Part shown: positions 59,611 to 64,000 of the stretch, one piece after another
Numbering within the stretch: the first letter of the stretch is position 1
Layout of the letters: the number at the start of each line of letters is the position of its first letter
Virus record (IMG/VR): IMGVR_UViG_3300037312_000757
Direction: 5' to 3' (one strand)
DNA length: 64,000 nucleotides
Source: a virus
Lineage: Duplodnaviria > Heunggongvirae > Uroviricota > Caudoviricetes
The notes under the pieces: generated by a model
The model's input: only the letters and a program-made list of their open reading frames with translations
Told to the model about the DNA's origin: nothing
The model's database searches: none
Program-made: the position numbers and the translations under genes

Positions 59611-60297
59611 TTACTTTTTAGAACGTGAGTTATAGATGGCAAACTTAGACAGCTTCTGGCGAATCGAGACTTTGTTCTTGTTGGCTTCTTTACGCTCAGC
59701 TTTCACTTCATCTTTAATTGAATCATGAGTGGCGGTGAAGTCAACTGCCATTTGCTTCACGGTTTTCTTGAACTCATCTGTCACAAGATCACCATACGAA
59801 TTGAATGCGTTTTCAAAACGATCAAGTTCGCGTTTCAGAGAAGCAAGACGCTTCAACTTTCGCTTCTGTTCAAGTTTCTCTTTTTCCTTGTCTTCTGACT
59901 TGGACAGGATTTCGAAGATGGCTTGCGTTGACATGCGATCGTAATCAATGTCCTTGAACACATAACGCAATTGTGATTCGTAGCTTGACCAGTAGTATGA
60001 ATAACCACGGGTGGTTTGTTGATTTATCTTGAAATTGCCACCAGCATTTACAATAGCCATCAATGCTTCAGCTTCTTTATCGTCGGAGACTTCAAAGATC
60101 ATCGCATCTTTCATTTCATTTTCGATTGACTCGCACAGCTTGGCAAACTTATGTCGCTGACCATCTTCCCAGATGCAATGATATGTGCTAGTTGGTGCAA
60201 GCTTCTTGAACTTTTCAAAGTCAAAACGCTTTTTCAGCTCAGGGTAATTCCAGTTGGAAAGATCGCCGCGTTCCGGCAGGAAAACAAACAAATGCAT
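59611..60297 (-). CDS. Paralogous family protein (DD.EA + coiled coil)
   Basis: MHLFVF, FEVSDDKEAEALM, C-terminal KLSKF. Confidence 0.75.
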   Translation of the reverse strand: MHLFVFLPERGDLSNWNYPELKKRFDFEKFKKLAPTSTYHCIWEDGQRHKFAKLCESIENEMKDAMIFEVSDDKEAEALMAIVNAGGNFKINQQTTRGYSYYWSSYESQLRYVFKDIDYDRMSTQAIFEILSKSEDKEKEKLEQKRKLKRLASLKRELDRFENAFNSYGDLVTDEFKKTVKQMAVDFTATHDSIKDEVKAERKEANKNKVSIRQKLSKFAIYNSRSKK

Positions 60298-60351
60298 TTT
60301 CTAATTATTATTTTCAGCATGTTATAGCCCAGGTCTTGGCCTGGGCACCCA

Positions 60352-60783
60352 TCAGTTTTGCACTTGAGGGAAGAACTTCGGTACCAACGTGATCGGTACA
60401 AACGGCTCAATCAACTTGAAACCGTGCGCCGCAATGCAGGCGTTACTGTGAAAGGGCTTTGCACCCTTCTCACGATCGATACTCCACGTGATGTGGAAAG
60501 TACCATTATCAGGTCGATACAGCACGCCATCAACACGGACAACCAAGCATTGCACGCGATTATCGTCACAGGACACGCCTACAACTTCACCACGCGTCTC
60601 GGTCGGGAGCGGATAGTCCGCAGTGACGCCCGCTTTGAGCGTCACGTGGTGAGCTATTACGTCAGTATAAACAGGAGGGATGAGTTCCAGCAATTTATCG
60701 CGGTCGTAAGCTGGTAATTCCCATCCAACGTAACCACGTTGGGGTTTATCAGCCGTTACCGTTTGATCCATTGCTTCTCCCAT
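60352..60783 (-). CDS. 2H phosphoesterase-like protein
   Basis: Two HxT motifs: AHHVTL and FHITWS. Confidence 0.7.
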   Translation of the reverse strand: MGEAMDQTVTADKPQRGYVGWELPAYDRDKLLELIPPVYTDVIAHHVTLKAGVTADYPLPTETRGEVVGVSCDDNRVQCLVVRVDGVLYRPDNGTFHITWSIDREKGAKPFHSNACIAAHGFKLIEPFVPITLVPKFFPQVQN

Positions 60784-61369
60784 TCACATTGAAGTCCGCG
60801 TCATACAACCCCATCTCTTGATTGATGGCAGTCATCTCTTTCAGCGGTGTATAGTCTTGCACAGCCAAGTGAGCATTGTCAAGGTCTTCTTGCGAACGGC
60901 AGTACACAACTGGCTGGATCTTATCGCCAGTCACTTCTTCGATGATCTTGGCGATGATACCCCAGTCACCGTTAGCCAAACCTGCACCAATCAAGGGCAG
61001 ACCAACTTCCATTGGTCCCACACTTAGGTATTCATCCAGCGCTTTGATCGTGTTTTCAAAAGCCTCACGAATGCCGAGGTATTTGACGTACACTACGTTC
61101 GGATCACGACCGTAGAACTCTTGCGTGATTGCGTTTAGCACGAGACGATCACCGCCAGAAATTGTATCTTTGCCAAGAGCAGATACAACTTCACCAACTT
61201 TCAGACCATTAAGTTGGTGATATTTGACGTAAGCTTCGTAAGCAAATGGGCAACGAACACGCATAGTTGCCGCAACGCCTGAGCCCATCACACCTTGAGC
61301 ATTACAGCCATGCATGATTGCAAGCCCAGAATGCTCGAACAAGTCTCCGATTCTGTATTCAATTTTCAT
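60749..61369 (-). CDS. Macrodomain (ADP-ribose binding/hydrolase) protein
   Basis: GDLF, HGCNAQGVMGSGVA, NAITQ, PLIGAGLANGDW. Confidence 0.9.
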   Translation of the reverse strand: MKIEYRIGDLFEHSGLAIMHGCNAQGVMGSGVAATMRVRCPFAYEAYVKYHQLNGLKVGEVVSALGKDTISGGDRLVLNAITQEFYGRDPNVVYVKYLGIREAFENTIKALDEYLSVGPMEVGLPLIGAGLANGDWGIIAKIIEEVTGDKIQPVVYCRSQEDLDNAHLAVQDYTPLKEMTAINQEMGLYDADFNVNGRSNGSNGNG

Positions 61370-61608
61370 TTGATGAGTTTCCCAATAGATGGTATCAATG
61401 CGATATAGTCAGCTTCTTCGTAGCATCCCACGGTTTCGACCGCATCCTCATTGACGAATTCGTTGCCGATCATTATAGCACTACTTAGGTTTCGTACACG
61501 AATGAGTCCATGCACAACCCTGCCCGATTTTAGGTAGGCGATTGCAAACTGTTTGTTTGAATACTCCGCAAAATTGCAAGCGGTGACTAAGGCGCTGTCG
61601 CGGGCCAT
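61366..61608 (-). CDS. Small hypothetical protein
   Basis: 80 aa, ATGA overlap with the macrodomain gene. Confidence 0.6.
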   Translation of the reverse strand: MARDSALVTACNFAEYSNKQFAIAYLKSGRVVHGLIRVRNLSSAIMIGNEFVNEDAVETVGCYEEADYIALIPSIGKLIK

Positions 61609-61609
61609 A

Positions 61610-62005
61610 TTATAGGCAGGTTAATTTGAATTGAACTGCTTCTGCATCTGACACGTTTTCAAGTACAGTCAGAAATTCGAAACAATGAGTATCTTCGTAG
61701 AAGATCAAAGCAGATAGAAACCGCCAATCACCACCAGTCGCAACACCCATCTCGCTGTAATATCGACCAGCTTCCATTTCGACAGTGTCAACTGCCAGTA
61801 TTTCTTGCTGCAAAGTAATGAACGTATCGATATACCCAGTTGAGTCTTTCATTAAGACATTGGGTATGTTAATCGTAGAACGAATGGCCTCAGATGTACT
61901 CACGTTTTCTGACAACCAATCAACACAATTCATGAAATATGCATACCAATCCGCCCATGATGCTTCAACACCACAGATCACTTTCAAAGATGCCATTGCA
62001 TTCAC
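61610..62005 (-). CDS. W..EN / A..FKL family protein
   Basis: VDWLSEN; VSDAEAVQFKL. Confidence 0.7.
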   Translation of the reverse strand: MNAMASLKVICGVEASWADWYAYFMNCVDWLSENVSTSEAIRSTINIPNVLMKDSTGYIDTFITLQQEILAVDTVEMEAGRYYSEMGVATGGDWRFLSALIFYEDTHCFEFLTVLENVSDAEAVQFKLTCL

Positions 62006-62049
62006 AACTCTAGTTCAAGAATGCAACATTGTAACATAGAACTGGCAAC

Positions 62050-62427
62050 CTAACTGACACTCAAAACCATTTCAGTTGCCACATAGTCATCAGGCATAAC
62101 TGCCAATACCCACCAATAATGTGCAATCTCAGGGCATAGGCTTTTGTCATCAGGTGCAGTATAAATCTCTGCGCTCTCGGCTAGATATAAATCCATGCCA
62201 GAATTCCGAAATCCCAAATGAAATATCGTTACACCATTCAATGCACTATCTGAAAGATCTACGTGTTCAGATATTGTTTCTGCTATTGTTTGACATTCAT
62301 GCACTGGTTTATTCAGTGTATTTGAATAATACTCATATTCGTAATTGGCATCAATCCATTTGCTATATCCAACAAATGTTTGTCGAGCAACAGTCATGCC
62401 AGTAAACTTTTTCTTTACGATAGCCAT
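62050..62427 (-). CDS. W..EN / A..FKL family protein
   Basis: SKWIDAN; MPDDYVATEMVL. Confidence 0.7.
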   Translation of the reverse strand: MAIVKKKFTGMTVARQTFVGYSKWIDANYEYEYYSNTLNKPVHECQTIAETISEHVDLSDSALNGVTIFHLGFRNSGMDLYLAESAEIYTAPDDKSLCPEIAHYWWVLAVMPDDYVATEMVLSVS

Positions 62428-62428
62428 C

Positions 62429-62782
62429 TTAGTCTTCAGTCAAACGAAATTGCACGGCAGTAGTAGCATCCGGAAAACCGATATACACTTCACGATGCCA
62501 TAAATTGTCTTGAGTGTATGACATGTGAAACACAAACCAATCATCACCACATGCAAAAACAGAAGACCAAAGATCATACCGATTAGTATACAAATCTGGT
62601 AGATGCTTTTGAATCAACGCCTCCAACCTGTCCCATTCATTGCTGCTAAAGGTATGAACTCTACAGTCAAATTCAGCACGTTCACGAACCGAACCAGCAG
62701 TCGCTTCTAACCATTCAATAGCATCTCGAACGTATTGATAACTCTCGTAATGATGGAACTCACGGTGCAGAATTTCGCTCAT
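62429..62782 (-). CDS. W..EN / A..FKL family protein
   Basis: AIEWLEA; FPDATTAVQFRL. Confidence 0.7.
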   Translation of the reverse strand: MSEILHREFHHYESYQYVRDAIEWLEATAGSVRERAEFDCRVHTFSSNEWDRLEALIQKHLPDLYTNRYDLWSSVFACGDDWFVFHMSYTQDNLWHREVYIGFPDATTAVQFRLTED

Positions 62783-63159
62783 ATCGAACTAGCCACCAAT
62801 TTCAACTCAAGAGCAATATACTCATCTGGCACATTCAAGAACATTCGTATCCAAGAACCACCAGTCCATTGTGACGAAGTCAGAACAACCACTGAATAAC
62901 CATGTGTCGAGCAATCAATTGAATGAATGAAGTGAGCTATCTCCCAATCCTTTTTCTTTAGACCAACATTGGTAAGAACCCTAACCAATGACGAATCAAG
63001 ATTTTTCGAGACCAAAACATTATGGTCTTGAATAAAATGGCATCCTTCGTTACCAGTTTGTTCTTTATGTTTATGATATAACCACCCACGAACTCGTTGG
63101 TAATACCCCTTGCCAGATGGATGGTTCTCACCCATAGGATAGTGCAATTCAAATATCAT
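62779..63159 (-). CDS. W..EN / A..FKL family protein
   Basis: RGWLYH; VPDEYIALELKL. Confidence 0.7.
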   Translation of the reverse strand: MIFELHYPMGENHPSGKGYYQRVRGWLYHKHKEQTGNEGCHFIQDHNVLVSKNLDSSLVRVLTNVGLKKKDWEIAHFIHSIDCSTHGYSVVVLTSSQWTGGSWIRMFLNVPDEYIALELKLVASSI

Positions 63160-63258
63160 TTCATCATTTCCATAATCAACGATTATTCATGGAGGTTATT
63201 CACTATGTCGCCCCTTCGTGGGCTCTGATGGATAGCATTGAAACCCAGGTAGAAGGCC

Positions 63259-63651
63259 TCAATAATCGCAGTCGTCATCTGGTTCATAATTTGCAAATGC
63301 TAACTTAGCCTGCACTGCTAACGTATCATCTTCAATGAACACGTAGACGGTACGATTGTGTATCTCGTAGAAATCATATGATTTGGAGGCGTCCTCATCC
63401 GGAATCATAGATCGCACCAGCGCCCATCCATCACCAACTTGTATGCAAAACGACGCGGGTGGTTTACCAGGGCCCATCAAGTGTCCATAGTAGATCAACC
63501 CTTCTTCGCGAGCTCTATTACCATGGTGGCTGTAATCTGACTTCAGAAGCAACTTCTGGGGACTAACATTGTTGCACAGCCATTTATTCACGTCGCTTGC
63601 TGTGAGCATAAGCTTCCACGCAGTTTTGGCTTGAATTTCAAATCTGTTCAT
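63259..63651 (-). CDS. W..EN / A..FKL family protein
   Basis: NKWLCNN; IEDDTLAVQAKL. Confidence 0.7.
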   Translation of the reverse strand: MNRFEIQAKTAWKLMLTASDVNKWLCNNVSPQKLLLKSDYSHHGNRAREEGLIYYGHLMGPGKPPASFCIQVGDGWALVRSMIPDEDASKSYDFYEIHNRTVYVFIEDDTLAVQAKLAFANYEPDDDCDY

Positions 63652-64000
63652 CTATTCTGTCCATCCATACCAATTTGCATTCCACCGCAATCACATCATC
63701 AGGAATATGAATGAAAATCTGATGCAAATGCTTTATTCTGTGACCTTTAGGCAACGTTAGGTCGATATCAAAATGTGAAGTCTCGATAATGTAATAGCCA
63801 AATCTCGTGCTCTTGACCCACTGAAATGTGCTGATGTTCCCAAGATCCAGATTGAACCGATTGATAACTGATTCCATTCGGTCTTTACTGGCAGTATAGA
63901 AAATGTCATATTCCTGGAAGTCAGGAATGTTGCCATATTTTCTCGCTTGTTCCTCAATATCAACTTCCATGAAGTAACGATCACGTAGCCATTCTTTTAT
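63638..64000 (-). CDS. W..EN / A..FKL family protein (5' end outside the window)
   Basis: Frame stays open to the window edge (IKEWLRDRYF-MEVD...); IPDDVIAVECKL. Confidence 0.7.
   Translation of the reverse strand: MKEWLRDRYFMEVDIEEQARKYGNIPDFQEYDIFYTASKDRMESVINRFNLDLGNISTFQWVKSTRFGYYIIETSHFDIDLTLPKGHRIKHLHQIFIHIPDDVIAVECKLVWMDRIDEQI

Noticed and set aside
1-64000. Bacterial chromosome or prophage interpretation
   Set aside because: Host-like genes are interleaved with rIIA/rIIB, a gp44-type clamp loader, T4-like late promoters and fibre genes; no integrase, att site or housekeeping operon is seen.

Overview
This window is part of a large lytic (jumbo-type) tailed phage genome. The host is most likely a Burkholderiales bacterium, inferred from Burkholderia-like dUTPase and FliD sequences recognised from memory, not from a search. 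Layout: (i) 1-4.6 kb, a minus-strand operon with i-/o-spanins, DnaJ, a frameshifted peptide deformylase and ClpA. (ii) 4.7-32.6 kb, about 28 kb of tail-fibre, adhesin and chaperone genes built as cassettes, each with a T4-like TAAATA late promoter and a terminator. These include four paralogues sharing one N-terminal adapter domain, two giant domain-shuffled LamG proteins and a captured flagellar-cap (FliD) head domain. A 2 kb non-coding segment of oppositely oriented CCTCAGAGG repeats (candidate origin) interrupts the cluster. (iii) 33-40.8 kb, a plus-strand early block (membrane proteins, metallophosphoesterase, rIIA, rIIB). (iv) 40.8-56 kb, a triple-PAS protein, PhoH, clamp loader, GroES, a split DnaE piece, dUTPase, IscA, WGR, an H1-like protein, SleB hydrolase and M16 peptidase. 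(v) 56-64 kb, an expanded paralogous family with a shared C-terminal DD-x2-A-x2-FKL-like motif, plus GNAT, macrodomain and 2H phosphoesterase genes, and a promoter-driven, multi-junction, roughly 450-nt putative non-coding RNA. The best leads are that RNA, the phage-encoded FliD domain, the modular fibre system, the repeat-rich 2 kb region and the membrane protein + PAS pair. All protein assignments rest on motifs read by eye.
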